DNA from: Rhizobiales bacterium UBA697
GTDB taxonomy: Bacteria; Pseudomonadota; Alphaproteobacteria; Rhizobiales; Ancalomicrobiaceae
Reading direction: 5' to 3'
Length of the DNA stretch: 43,544 nucleotides
Assembly (NCBI GenBank): GCA_002298965.1
Contig: DBMN01000355.1
Span: 1 to 43,544, forward strand
The position numbers and the translations under genes were made by a program. This document shows positions 10,497 to 19,414 of this stretch, piece by piece (positions within the stretch are counted from its first letter, which is position 1; each line of letters opens with the position of its first letter). The notes below the pieces were generated by a model that searched no databases, was not told where the DNA came from, and was given only the letters and a program-made list of their open reading frames with translations.

Positions 10497-11063
10497 ATGC
10501 GAGTCAATGCGCAGAATCTCCGCAAGGGCAACGTCGTCGAGATGGACGGCAAGCTCTATGTCGTTCTTTCCGCCGAGTCGTTCCATCCCGGCAAGGGCAC
10601 GCCCACCACGCAGATCGACATGCGCCGCATTTCGGACGGCGTGAAGGTGTCCGAGCGTTGGAAGACCACCGAGCAGGTCGAACGCGCCATGCTCGACGAG
10701 CGCGCCTACGCCTACCTCTACAACGACGACGAGGGCTTCCACTTCATGAACAAGGAAAACTACGACCAGATCGTGGTTTCCAAGGACGTGGTGGGCGACA
10801 TGGCCGCCTATCTCCAGGAAGACATGGAGTGCCAGGTCGCGGTCTATCAGGACGTGCCGGTGTCGATCGAACTGCCGGCCCGCGTGACGCTCGAGATCGT
10901 CGAGACCGAGCCGGTGACCAAGGGCCAGACGGCGTCGTCGTCCTACAAGCCGGCCCTGCTGTCGAACGGCGTCAAGACCGCCGTCCCGCCGCATGTCGGC
11001 GTCGGCACCCGCGTGGTCGTCATGACCGTCGACGGCTCCTACGTCGAGCGCGCGAAGGACTGA
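10497..11063 (+). CDS. efp: Elongation factor P
   Basis: PGKG loop, [18 protein letters not shown]. Confidence 0.97.
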   Translation: MRVNAQNLRKGNVVEMDGKLYVVLSAESFHPGKGTPTTQIDMRRISDGVKVSERWKTTEQVERAMLDERAYAYLYNDDEGFHFMNKENYDQIVVSKDVVGDMAAYLQEDMECQVAVYQDVPVSIELPARVTLEIVETEPVTKGQTASSSYKPALLSNGVKTAVPPHVGVGTRVVVMTVDGSYVERAKD

Positions 11064-11085
11064 TCGATCGGTTCGCGATCGACAC

Positions 11086-11131
11086 GAGACATGAAGAACC
11101 CGGCCGCGAGGCCGGGTTTTTTCGTGTGGCG
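11086..11131 (+). repeat. Direct repeat copy 1, also the efp intrinsic terminator
   Basis: GAGACATGAAGAACCCGGCCGCGAGGCCGGGTTTTTTCGTGTGGCG; hairpin AACCCGGCC-GCGA-GGCCGGGTT plus T-tract. Confidence 0.92.
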
Positions 11132-11317
11132 TCACTCTGCTTCGACGTCGGCCCGTCTCGGGGGAGGACTGGCCTGCGCGATCGCCGTCGACAGGACAGT
11201 GAGAGCGGCGATACGTTCACGAGGCAATGCAATGAGTGATTGAACGCGCGGTCGGAGCGTCGCACGCACCATGGTGCAGTCCGGCGCGCCCCGCCCCGGA
11301 ATCGAGGCCGATCTGCC

Positions 11318-11767
11318 ATGTGGACGTTTCGCCTGAAACCCGACGCTCTGGTGCCGTTCCACGGAACGCTCGTCGCCGTCGTCGAGGCGAGGGTGTTCCC
11401 TGTGGCGGTCACCGTCTTCGCCTCGATCTACTTCATGGCTGCAATCGTCTTGTTCCTCGCGTCGACCTCGGTCGCGTTCGTGTGTGGGCTCTCCGTCCCT
11501 GTGTTCGCCGGCGCCGTCGCTTTGTCCCTCGCGTCCCATCTCGTGTCGGAGTGGGCGACATGGGTCGTCGTGCGGGAGCGGAGGCCGGACGTGTATTCTG
11601 CGAGGAATGTCTTTCTATCCGTGGCGGCCGGACTGGTCGTTCAGGCCGTCGCGCTGGCCGTCGTCATCCGCAACGAACTTTACAAGGTGCCCCTGTCGCT
11701 GATCGCGTTCATGTTGATCGTCGGGATCGCGTTGGCGCTGAAGACGAAGCTCCCTCGTCGCGACTGA
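11318..11767 (+). CDS. Hypothetical membrane protein (about 4 TM)
   Basis: 149-aa ORF with four hydrophobic stretches; GAGG upstream of ATG 11318; more A/T-ending codons than host genes; followed by a terminator. Confidence 0.6.
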   Translation: MWTFRLKPDALVPFHGTLVAVVEARVFPVAVTVFASIYFMAAIVLFLASTSVAFVCGLSVPVFAGAVALSLASHLVSEWATWVVVRERRPDVYSARNVFLSVAAGLVVQAVALAVVIRNELYKVPLSLIAFMLIVGIALALKTKLPRRD

Positions 11768-11802
11768 CGTGCTGCCCGAAGCATCTTGCCGGGCACCGCG
11801 AA

Positions 11803-11847
11803 GAGACATGAAGAACCCGGCCGCGAGGCCGGGTTTTTCGTGTGGCG
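11803..11847 (+). repeat. Direct repeat copy 2 (terminator)
   Basis: Identical to 11086-11131 except for one fewer T in the T-tract. Confidence 0.92.
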
Positions 11848-11910
11848 AGGCCGTGCCGGGGGCTCGCGCACCGACGACAGGGTCCGGCGCGCGAGCCGGG
11901 CTCTTTCGTT

Positions 11911-11939
11911 TTGACGGCTTCCGCATTTCAATTTAAAAT
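11911..11939 (+). promoter_or_regulatory. Sigma70-type promoter
   Basis: TTGACG(11911-11916)-N17-TAAAAT(11934-11939) in an AT-rich patch, about 40 nt upstream of the ORF. Confidence 0.75.
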
Positions 11940-11978
11940 TATCTACAACCTGTTTGCAATTTATGATTTAGCGGAGCG

Positions 11979-12257
11979 GTGATGTCCGTCTATGTCGTCA
12001 GCTACGAGCTGCGCGCGCCCGAGTGGGAATATCAGGGGCTCTACGATCGTCTGACCTCCCTGAACGCGGTTCGGCTCCTCGATTCCGTCTGGATCGTCAA
12101 ATATCCGAACGGCAGCGGCGTGATCAGGGACGATCTGCGGCGGGAGATCCGGGCCAACGACGGGTTGGTCGTCGCGGCCCTCTGCGGCGATGCCGCGTGG
12201 TGCAACCTGAAGGGGACGCGCGGTCAGACATTCAGGAGTTGGCTCGAAGGGAAGTGA
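11979..12257 (+). CDS. Small stand-alone Cas2/VapD-like (ferredoxin-fold) protein
   Basis: YVVSYEL...YQGLYDRL...LLDSVWIV...IRDDLRREIRANDGLVVAAL.GDAAW resembles orphan proteins often labelled Cas2-like or SinR-family; GGAG RBS; start GTG 11979 or ATG 11982. Confidence 0.65.
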   Translation: MMSVYVVSYELRAPEWEYQGLYDRLTSLNAVRLLDSVWIVKYPNGSGVIRDDLRREIRANDGLVVAALCGDAAWCNLKGTRGQTFRSWLEGK

Positions 12258-13178
12258 TCACCCCTTCCACACCACCCCCGGCGGGTCCGGCGGCAGGGGG
12301 ATGAACTCGGTCTCGCCGGGGACGCCGTCGAAGCGGCCGGCGCGCCAGTCTTCCTTGGCGGCTTCGATCCGCTCCTTCGAGGACGAGACGAAGTTCCAGT
12401 AGAGAAAGCGCCGCTCGGGGAAGGGCTCGCCGCCGAGGAGGGCGAAGCGGGCGGGCGTCACGGCGCGCACCACGATCTCGGCGCCGGGACGCAGCAAGAT
12501 CAGACGGTCGGGGGCGTGGACCGTCTCGTCGCCCTCGATGACGATCTCGCCGGTCGACGGCCAGATCGCCCGTTCCGAGAAGTCGGCCGGCAGGCGGAAA
12601 CGGGCGCCGGCCTCGAGCACCACGTCGAGCTGAACCAGATCGGAGAAGACCGGCACCGGCGAGGCCTTGCCGAAGGCCGAACCCGCGACCAGCGTGGCGC
12701 GGGCGCCGTCGCCCTCGAGGACGGGGAGGGCGGCGGCCTCGACATGGGTGAAGGTCGGGTCGGTCTCTTCATGGCTCCGCGGCAGGGCGAGCCAGAGCTG
12801 GAGGCCGGCGACGCGGTCGCCCCGGGTGCGCGTGCCCTCGGGGGTGCGCTCGGAATGGACGATGCCGCGGCCGGCGGTCATCCAGTTGACCGCGCCGGGG
12901 CGGATCACCTCGACGGCGCCGGTCGAGTCGCGATGGCGGATCTCACCCTGATGCAGGAAGGTCAGGGTCGACAGGCCGATGTGGGGGTGCGGCCGCACGT
13001 CGATGCCGCGGCCGGGGGCGAAGTCGACCGGTCCCATGGCGTCGAGGAAGACGAAGGGGCCGACCATCCGGCGCTCGGTGGTCGGCAGGGCGCGGCGGAC
13101 GGTGAAGCCGTCGCCGAGGTCGTGCAGGCGCGGCAGGACGATCTTGTCGATCGGGGGCAGGGGCTCGGCGGCGGTCAT
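12258..13178 (-). CDS. Pirin family protein
   Basis: VGPFVFLD, HPHIGL, WMTAGRGIVHSE, QLWLALP, WNFVSS. Confidence 0.93.
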   Translation of the reverse strand: MTAAEPLPPIDKIVLPRLHDLGDGFTVRRALPTTERRMVGPFVFLDAMGPVDFAPGRGIDVRPHPHIGLSTLTFLHQGEIRHRDSTGAVEVIRPGAVNWMTAGRGIVHSERTPEGTRTRGDRVAGLQLWLALPRSHEETDPTFTHVEAAALPVLEGDGARATLVAGSAFGKASPVPVFSDLVQLDVVLEAGARFRLPADFSERAIWPSTGEIVIEGDETVHAPDRLILLRPGAEIVVRAVTPARFALLGGEPFPERRFLYWNFVSSSKERIEAAKEDWRAGRFDGVPGETEFIPLPPDPPGVVWKG

Positions 13179-13284
13179 GGCTCTCTCCTCGTTCGAGGAG
13201 AAGATGGCACGTTCACGCCGCACCGCCAGTCTCCGAACGGGAAACGATCCGTTCGGCCCGACTCGGCGCGCATCCCTCGGTCGT

Positions 13285-13767
13285 TCAGCCCTCGGCGCGC
13301 GGCCGACGTGGCCACATGACGTTGCCGGTGAAGCGGAAGACCACCTCGCCGTCGACGAGGCCCTCGTTGAGCGTGGTGAAGACGCCCCATTCCGGCCGCG
13401 TCGCCGAGGGGCGGGCCTTCACGAGGCGCGAGCGGTAGTGGACGGTCTGGCCGGCCAGCACCGGCTTCAGCCAGCGCATGTCCTCGAAGCCCGGCGAGGG
13501 GCCGGGCACGGGGACGATCTCGCCGCGGGCGGCGCGGGCTTCCATCTCGCGGTTCTGGTGGGCGATCCACAGCGCCATCCAGGCGCAGGCGACGTGCCAG
13601 CCCGAAGCCGCCAGCCCGCCGAAGAGCGAGGCGCGTCCGGCCGCCTCGTCGAGGTGGAAGGGCTGCGGGTCGAAGTCGCGGGCGAAGGCGATGATCGCGT
13701 CTGCGGTGAAGGTGTGCGACCCGAGGTCGACGGACCAGTCGGCCGGGATCTCCTCGAGCCACATCAT
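13285..13767 (-). CDS. MaoC-like (hotdog) dehydratase
   Basis: FARDFDPQPFHLD, LAASGWH, SPGFEDMRWLKPV. Confidence 0.9.
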   Translation of the reverse strand: MMWLEEIPADWSVDLGSHTFTADAIIAFARDFDPQPFHLDEAAGRASLFGGLAASGWHVACAWMALWIAHQNREMEARAARGEIVPVPGPSPGFEDMRWLKPVLAGQTVHYRSRLVKARPSATRPEWGVFTTLNEGLVDGEVVFRFTGNVMWPRRPRAEG

Positions 13768-14231
13768 GGCGTCGTCCTCCGGCGCATCATCAGCGTCGAT
13801 TCCATGATCGCCACCGGTTCGCGGGTCTCACCCACGATGCGGTCGATGTCCATGCGCCCGCGCAGGATGCCGACGGTCGGCCGGCTCTGCGAGGTGCGGG
13901 CGTCGAGGACGGTCAGGCGGGCGGCGAGCCGGTCGCCGGCGCGCACCGGCTTCAGCCAGCGCATGCGGTCGATGCCGGGCGAGCCGAGCGAGGCGGCGGT
14001 CGAGAGCAGTCCGTCGACCAGGAGGCGCATGGTGACGCAGCCGGTATGCCAGCCCGAGGCGGCGAGCGAGCCGAGCAGCGAGGCGGCGCCGGCCTCCTCG
14101 TCGAGATGCATCGGCTGGGGGTCCCAGAGGCGGGCGAAGGCGACGATCTCGTCGCGCGTCATCGTCTTCTCGCCGAGGGGGAGGACGTCGCCGACGGCGA
14201 AGTCTTCGTAGTGGCGCAGCGTCGAGGTCAT
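13764..14231 (-). CDS. MaoC-like (hotdog) dehydratase
   Basis: YEDF, WDPQPMHLD, LAASGWHT, SPGIDRMRWLKPV; overlaps the next gene. Confidence 0.9.
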   Translation of the reverse strand: MTSTLRHYEDFAVGDVLPLGEKTMTRDEIVAFARLWDPQPMHLDEEAGAASLLGSLAASGWHTGCVTMRLLVDGLLSTAASLGSPGIDRMRWLKPVRAGDRLAARLTVLDARTSQSRPTVGILRGRMDIDRIVGETREPVAIMESTLMMRRRTTP

Positions 14232-14297
14232 GGCGTCTTCGGGCATTAAGGTCCAAAATCGCGGCGGTTTCGTTCGAATCGCAAGAGGCAAGAGCCG

Positions 14298-14582
14298 ATG
14301 TGGGCCTCACTTCTGTCGCTCGACACGCGGGTCGGCCCGCATCTCGTGCGGCCCTTCTGGGTCGTCGGCTCGACGCTCGCCCTGGTGCTCGCCGGCATCG
14401 GGCTGGTCATCGGGCTCGCGCTGCTGGCGATCTCGCCGGTGCTCGGGCTGATGGTCGTCGGCCTCGGCCTGCTGCTCGGCGCCGCGGTCTTCCTCGGCGT
14501 GCGGCTGACGGCGGAAGCCGCCTCGATCGTCTTCGCGCAAGGCTCGGTGCCGCCGGGCGCGCGGCTCGACCGCACGGCGTGA
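14298..14582 (+). CDS. Small membrane protein (DUF4282-like)
   Basis: 94 aa with 2-3 TM segments ending in VRLTAEAASIVF; GAGG upstream. Confidence 0.6.
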   Translation: MWASLLSLDTRVGPHLVRPFWVVGSTLALVLAGIGLVIGLALLAISPVLGLMVVGLGLLLGAAVFLGVRLTAEAASIVFAQGSVPPGARLDRTA

Positions 14583-14584
14583 AA

Positions 14585-14608
14585 ACGGCGGGGGAGGGCC
14601 CCCGCCGT
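14585..14608. terminator. Hairpin between convergent genes (likely ychF terminator)
   Basis: ACGGCGGGGG-AGGG-CCCCCGCCGT perfect 10-bp stem, with a short T-run on the minus strand. Confidence 0.7.
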
Positions 14609-14616
14609 CTCGTTTC

Positions 14617-15714
14617 TCAGGCGTTGAAGCGGAAGAGCAGGATGTCGCCGTCCTGGACGACGTATTCCTTGCCTTCGTCGCGGGCCTTGCCGGCTTCCTT
14701 GGCCGCCGCCTCGCCGCCCAGCGCGACATAGTCGTCGTAGGCGATGGTCTGGGCGCGGATGAAGCCGCGTTCGAAGTCGGAGTGGATCACGCCGGCGGCG
14801 CCCGGGGCCTTGGTGCCCTTGACGATGGTCCAGGCGCGCGTCTCCTTCGGACCCACCGTGAAGTAGGTGATGAGACCGAGCAGCTCGTAGCCGGCGCGGA
14901 TCAGGCGATCGAGGCCCGGCTCGTGCAGGCCCATGCCTTCGAGGAACTCGAGCTCCTCCTCGTCCGACAGCTGCGCGATCTCGGCCTCGATGGCGGCGGA
15001 GATGACGACGGCGCGGGCGCCCTGCTTGGCGGCCATCTCCTCGACGGCGCGCGAATGCGCGTTGCCGGAGGCGGCCGAGGCCTCCTCGACGTTGCAGACG
15101 TAGAGCACCGGCTTGGAGGTCAGCAGCATCAGCCCGTCGAGCAGCGGCCTGTCCTCGTGGGAGACCTCGAGCAGGCGGACCGGCTTGCCGTGCTGCAGCA
15201 GCTCGAGCGCGCCTTCCATCACCGGCAGGACCTGCTTCGAATCGCGATCGCCGCCGGCCGCCTTCTTGCGGGTGGCGACGACGCGGCGCTCGAGGCTGTC
15301 GAGGTCGGCGAGCATCAGCTCGGTCTCGACCGTCTCGGCGTCGGCGACCGGGTCGACGCGACCCTCGACGTGGGTGACGTCACCGTCCTCGAAGCAGCGC
15401 AGGACGTGGACGATCGCGTCCACCTCGCGGATGTTGGCGAGGAACTGGTTGCCGAGGCCTTCGCCCTTGGAGGCGCCGCGGACCAGGCCCGCGATGTCGA
15501 CGAAGGTGATGCGGGTCGGAACGATCTGCGCCGACTTGCCGATCTTGGCGATGGCGTCCATCCGCGGGTCGGGGACGCCCACCTCGCCGGTGTTCGGCTC
15601 GATGGTGCAGAAGGGATAATTGGCTGCCTGCGCCGCCGCGGTGCGCGTCAACGCGTTGAAGAGGGTCGACTTGCCGACGTTCGGCAGGCCGACGATGCCG
15701 CACTTGAAACCCAT
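14617..15714 (-). CDS. ychF: Ribosome-binding ATPase YchF
   Basis: GIVGLPNVGKSTLFN, DIAGLVRGASKGEGLGNQFL, IHSDFERGFI. Confidence 0.98.
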   Translation of the reverse strand: MGFKCGIVGLPNVGKSTLFNALTRTAAAQAANYPFCTIEPNTGEVGVPDPRMDAIAKIGKSAQIVPTRITFVDIAGLVRGASKGEGLGNQFLANIREVDAIVHVLRCFEDGDVTHVEGRVDPVADAETVETELMLADLDSLERRVVATRKKAAGGDRDSKQVLPVMEGALELLQHGKPVRLLEVSHEDRPLLDGLMLLTSKPVLYVCNVEEASAASGNAHSRAVEEMAAKQGARAVVISAAIEAEIAQLSDEEELEFLEGMGLHEPGLDRLIRAGYELLGLITYFTVGPKETRAWTIVKGTKAPGAAGVIHSDFERGFIRAQTIAYDDYVALGGEAAAKEAGKARDEGKEYVVQDGDILLFRFNA

Positions 15715-15741
15715 GGGTCGATCGTTCCGTCAGATGAGAGA

Positions 15742-16023
15742 TCAGCGACGGCGGAACTGCTGGCCGCCGGGACGCGGCGGCGGCGGGGCGCCGTCGGCAC
15801 GGACTTCACGATGACGGAAGACGAGGCGACCCTTCTCGAGGTCGTAGGGGCTCATCTCCACGGTCACACGGTCGCCTGCCAGCGTCTTGATGCGGTTCTT
15901 CTTCATCTTGCCGGCGGTGTAGGCGATGATCTCGTGGCCGTTCTCGAGACGCACCTTGAACCGGGCGTCGGGCAGGATTTCGAGGACGAGGCCCTCGAAC
16001 TGGATCAGTTCTTCCTTGGCCAT
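15742..16023 (-). CDS. infA: Translation initiation factor IF-1 with C-terminal extension
   Basis: [11 protein letters not shown]...GKMKKNRI...[17 protein letters not shown]. Confidence 0.95.
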   Translation of the reverse strand: MAKEELIQFEGLVLEILPDARFKVRLENGHEIIAYTAGKMKKNRIKTLAGDRVTVEMSPYDLEKGRLVFRHREVRADGAPPPPRPGGQQFRRR

Positions 16024-16140
16024 GTGGCGTGGTTCCGTTTCCGGTTGTTCGTTCGGGGTTGGCATATAGCCGAAAAGCATCGAGCCGGAAACGGGGAAAG
16101 CCCGAGTCCCGGCTCGATTCGAACGTGTCGCGAGGTCGCG

Positions 16141-16350
16141 TCAGGCGGCGGTGATGCGCGCCGCGGCCGACTTGCCCGAACGACGGTCGACTTCGACCTC
16201 GAAGGAAACCTTCTGGCCTTCGGTCAGGGTGGTCATGCCCGAACGCTCGACGGCCGAGATGTGGACGAAGACGTCCTTGGAGCCGTCATCCGGCTGGATG
16301 AAGCCGTAGCCCTTGGTTTCGTTGAAGAACTTGACGACGCCGATAGTCAT
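16141..16350 (-). CDS. cspA: Cold-shock protein
   Basis: [21 protein letters not shown]. Confidence 0.95.
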   Translation of the reverse strand: MTIGVVKFFNETKGYGFIQPDDGSKDVFVHISAVERSGMTTLTEGQKVSFEVEVDRRSGKSAAARITAA

Positions 16351-16505
16351 GTGGGTGGTCCTTGCCGCTCGTCGCAGATATGGAAGATCACGCCGCACGA
16401 GCCGCGCCGCGATCTGGTCGGTCGAATTTTGGGAGAGCTGACGAGGACACTCGAAGTCGCCTCCGAGCGAAGGTGCCGATGGTCTGGCCAAAGTCCGATG
16501 CGCGC

Positions 16506-16534
16506 ATCATACCGCGTCGGGGCCGCGCAAACAA
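16506..16534 (-). promoter_or_regulatory. Putative sigma70 promoter of cspA-infA
   Basis: Minus strand TTGTTT-N17-TATGAT; implies a leader of about 150 nt. Confidence 0.55.
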
Positions 16535-16553
16535 GGAAGGCGGGAAAACGCAT

Positions 16554-17240
16554 TCAGCGCTTCTTGGCGGCGAGCAGGCGGCGCAGCGTCTCGGCCATGG
16601 CGTTCTTCGCCGCAGGCTCGGGACCGGCCGCCTTCGGCGCGGCGGGGGCGGCCTTGGGCGGCGGCGCCTTGTCGGTCGCGGGCTTCGCCGCGACGCGGTT
16701 CATGAAGCCGGTGTCGTCGCCGGCGACGAGGAAGCCGCTCGCATCGGCGACGTCGTCGAGCAGCGGCTCCAGCCATTCGCGGTCGACCTTGGCGAAATCG
16801 CCCAGCACCCAGCCGGTGACGCGTTCCTTGGAGCCCGGATGGCCGATGCCGAGGCGGACGCGGCGATAGTCGGCGCCGATGTGGGCGCCGATCGAGCGCA
16901 GGCCGTTGTGGCCGGCATGGCCGCCGCCGAACTTGACGCGGATGCGGGCGGGGTCGAGGTCGAGCTCGTCGTGGAAGACGACGACGTCCTTCGGCTCGAT
17001 CTTGTAGAAACGGGCGGCCTCGGCGACCGAACGGCCGCTCTCGTTCATGTAGGTCTGGGGCTTCAGCGCGACGATCTTCTCGTCGCCGATGGTGCCTTCG
17101 CAGACCTGGCCCTGGAACTTGGCGCGCCAGGGGGAAAAGGAATGGCGGCGGACGATCGCGTCCACCGCCATGAATCCGATGTTGTGTCGATTTCTCGCGT
17201 ATTCCGCGCCGGGATTGCCGAGGCCCACGAAGAGGAGCAT
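16554..17240 (-). CDS. pth: Peptidyl-tRNA hydrolase
   Basis: [40 protein letters not shown]. Confidence 0.97.
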   Translation of the reverse strand: MLLFVGLGNPGAEYARNRHNIGFMAVDAIVRRHSFSPWRAKFQGQVCEGTIGDEKIVALKPQTYMNESGRSVAEAARFYKIEPKDVVVFHDELDLDPARIRVKFGGGHAGHNGLRSIGAHIGADYRRVRLGIGHPGSKERVTGWVLGDFAKVDREWLEPLLDDVADASGFLVAGDDTGFMNRVAAKPATDKAPPPKAAPAAPKAAGPEPAAKNAMAETLRRLLAAKKR

Positions 17241-17268
17241 GGGTCGCCTCCGGCGCGGAAATGCGAAA

Positions 17269-17871
17269 TCACGCGGCCGGGGTCTCGGCGGCTTCCGAGA
17301 AGCCGACCGGCGCGGTGATCGAGAGAACGGTGTAGTTCTTCTCGTGGATGACCGGCTTGATGCCAGCGGCGAACTTCACGTCCTCGATGTGGACGCTGTC
17401 GCCGATGTTCAGCTCGGTGACGTCGACTTCGACCGCTTCCGGGATGGAGTCGGCACGGACCTGCAGCTCGATCTCGTGATGGACGATCGAGAGGGCACCG
17501 CCGCGCTTCATGCCGACCGACTTCTCCTGGTTCACGGCGTGGACCGGAACGAAGACGGTGACGATGGTCTCGTCGGAGATGCGCAGGAAGTCGACGTGGG
17601 TCAGGGTGTCCTTGACCACGTGCAGGTGGAAGTCCTTCGGGATCACGCGGATCTTCTCGCCGCCGACCGCGATGGTGGCGACGGTGGTGAGGAAGCCACC
17701 GGCACGCAGGCGCTTGTCCGCTTCCTTGTAGGGGAGCGAGATCGCCAGCGGGGGCTTCTTGTCACCGTAGATGACGGCGGGAACACGGCCTTCCAGACGC
17801 AGCGCACGAGCGGCCCCCTTGCCGACCCGTTCGCGCACCACGGCCTCGAGCTCGTAAGACTGACGGCTCAT
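17269..17871 (-). CDS. rplY: 50S ribosomal protein L25/Ctc
   Basis: [32 protein letters not shown]. Confidence 0.95.
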   Translation of the reverse strand: MSRQSYELEAVVRERVGKGAARALRLEGRVPAVIYGDKKPPLAISLPYKEADKRLRAGGFLTTVATIAVGGEKIRVIPKDFHLHVVKDTLTHVDFLRISDETIVTVFVPVHAVNQEKSVGMKRGGALSIVHHEIELQVRADSIPEAVEVDVTELNIGDSVHIEDVKFAAGIKPVIHEKNYTVLSITAPVGFSEAAETPAA

Positions 17872-17899
17872 GGGGTGCTTTCCTTCATTCAGAGAATTC

Positions 17900-17929
17900 A
17901 AAAGAAAAAGGCCGGTCGACCGGCCCTTT
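17900..17929 (-). terminator. Terminator-like hairpin within the rplY leader
   Basis: Minus strand GGCCGG-TCGA-CCGGCC followed by TTTTTCTTTT, about 30 nt before the rplY ATG. Confidence 0.5.
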
Positions 17930-18016
17930 CGGCTCTCGTCCGTGGACCCTCTCGGGCGCGCGGACGACGTCCCCAACGTTGCCTCCAGGGGTGTCGGCGT
18001 CGCGGGACCGGGCGCG

Positions 18017-18045
18017 TCTCTAGCACCGCAGGGGGCAAAGCGCAA
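18017..18045 (-). promoter_or_regulatory. Putative rplY promoter
   Basis: Minus strand cTTGCGC-N17-TAGAGA, alphaproteobacterial sigma70 style. Confidence 0.5.
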
Positions 18046-18092
18046 GGATTTCGGCCGGAAATTCACCGCCGAACGCCGCTTTGCCGGTGTCG

Positions 18093-18917
18093 TCAGCCCG
18101 CCAGTTCGCGCGAGCGCTTCGCGGCGGCGGCAACCGCCTCCGTCATCAGCTTCGTCAGCGCGTCGCCGCCCATCATCACGGCCAGCGCCGCGGCGGTGGT
18201 GCCGCCCGGCGAGGTGACGTTGATGCGCAGCTGCTCCGGGCTCTCGGGGCTCTGGAACAGCAGTTCGCCGGCGCCTTCGACCGTCGCGCGGGCGAGCCGG
18301 GCGGCGAGATCGGCGGGTAGACCCGCGGCGGCACCGGCGGCGGCGAGCGCCTCGACCATGTGGAAGACATAGGCCGGACCCGAGCCCGAGACCGCGGTGA
18401 CGAGGTCGATGTGTTCTTCCTTCTCGACCCACTCGAGCCGGCCGATGGTGGCGAGCAGCGCACCGACGAGGTCGCGATCCTCGGCGGTCACGGCGGGGCC
18501 GCAGGCGGCTCCCGTGATGCCGCGGCCGACCTGGGCGGGCGTGTTGGGGATGGTGCGGACGATTCGCTCGGTGCCGAGGCCGTTCGCGAAGGTCGCGATG
18601 GTCTTGCCGGCGACGACCGAGATCACCGCCGTGCCGGCGTCGACCAGAGCCTTGATCGCCGGCAGCACGCCGTCGAGCACCTGCGGCTTCACCGCGACCA
18701 GCAGCACCCGCGCCGTGACGTTCGCCGGCGCCGCGGTCTCGAGCCGGAAGCCGTGCTTTTCGGCCAGCGCCGCCAGTTCCGGCGAGACGTGCTTCTCGAC
18801 GACGACGACGGCCGACGGTGCGAGGCCACGGTCGAGCCAGCCGGCGAGCATGGCGCCGCCCATCTTGCCGCAACCGACGAGGACCAGCGGACGGGCGGCG
18901 GAAAGCGTGTCGATCAT
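18093..18917 (-). CDS. proC: Pyrroline-5-carboxylate reductase
   Basis: GCGKMG, AVKPQ, PNTPA, SGSGPAY, VTSPGGTT. Confidence 0.96.
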   Translation of the reverse strand: MIDTLSAARPLVLVGCGKMGGAMLAGWLDRGLAPSAVVVVEKHVSPELAALAEKHGFRLETAAPANVTARVLLVAVKPQVLDGVLPAIKALVDAGTAVISVVAGKTIATFANGLGTERIVRTIPNTPAQVGRGITGAACGPAVTAEDRDLVGALLATIGRLEWVEKEEHIDLVTAVSGSGPAYVFHMVEALAAAGAAAGLPADLAARLARATVEGAGELLFQSPESPEQLRINVTSPGGTTAAALAVMMGGDALTKLMTEAVAAAAKRSRELAG

Positions 18918-19414
18918 GCGTTGCCCACGGTTTCGAAAAGGGCCCCCTCGAGCGCCTCCTGGGCGGAGCGACCGGCCCAGACGACGAACTGGAAGGCCTG
19001 ATAGTAGCGATCGCAGCTCTCGATCGCGCCGACCAGCATGGCGCCGATCTGGCGGGCCGAGGGCTCGATGCCGCCGGTCAGCAGCAGGGCATGGCGATAC
19101 ATCACCACGCCTTCGCCCGACCACAGGTCGAAGTGACCGAGCAGCATCTGCTCGTTGACGATGGCCAGGAGACGCATCACCTCGGCGCGGCGCTGGTCGG
19201 AGACCTTGAGGTCGAAGGCGCAGGCCAGATGCAGCGCCTCGACGTCCTCCATCCAGGAGACGGAGACGTGATAGTCGCACCACGAACCGGCGATCGAGAC
19301 GGTGATCTCGTCATCGCCGGACCGCTCGAAGGACCAGTCCTCGAGGGCGGCGACGTGTTCGATCACGTCCACCGGGTGGGCTTGCCGTTCGAGTTCCAAT
19401 TCGATCAGGCTCAT
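18914..19414 (-). CDS. YbjN-domain protein
   Basis: HPVDVIE, WSFER, LHLACAFD, INE-like VNEQMLLGHFDLW, YYQAFQFV; recalled conserved position upstream of proC. Confidence 0.85.
   Translation of the reverse strand: MSLIELELERQAHPVDVIEHVAALEDWSFERSGDDEITVSIAGSWCDYHVSVSWMEDVEALHLACAFDLKVSDQRRAEVMRLLAIVNEQMLLGHFDLWSGEGVVMYRHALLLTGGIEPSARQIGAMLVGAIESCDRYYQAFQFVVWAGRSAQEALEGALFETVGNA

Noticed and set aside
11856..11900. GC-rich hairpin (GGCTCGCGCACCG...CGGCGCGCGAGCC) as an sRNA or MITE end
   Set aside because: Single copy in the window, no partner inverted repeat or target duplication, nothing else to support it
11086..12257. Palindromic direct repeats next to a Cas2-like gene read as a CRISPR locus
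   Set aside because: Only two repeats, 671 bp apart; they are terminator hairpins with U-tracts; no cas1 or effector genes
13285..14231. Tandem MaoC pair as a novel system
   Set aside because: To my recollection a common arrangement near ychF in this order; both genes look ordinary
14782..16869. 695-aa plus-strand ORF and many similar long overlapping ORFs (e.g. 3598-5064, 26058-27398, 34584-35957, 40877-43225)
   Set aside because: Antisense or alternate-frame shadows of real genes, expected in high-GC DNA; no recognisable motifs
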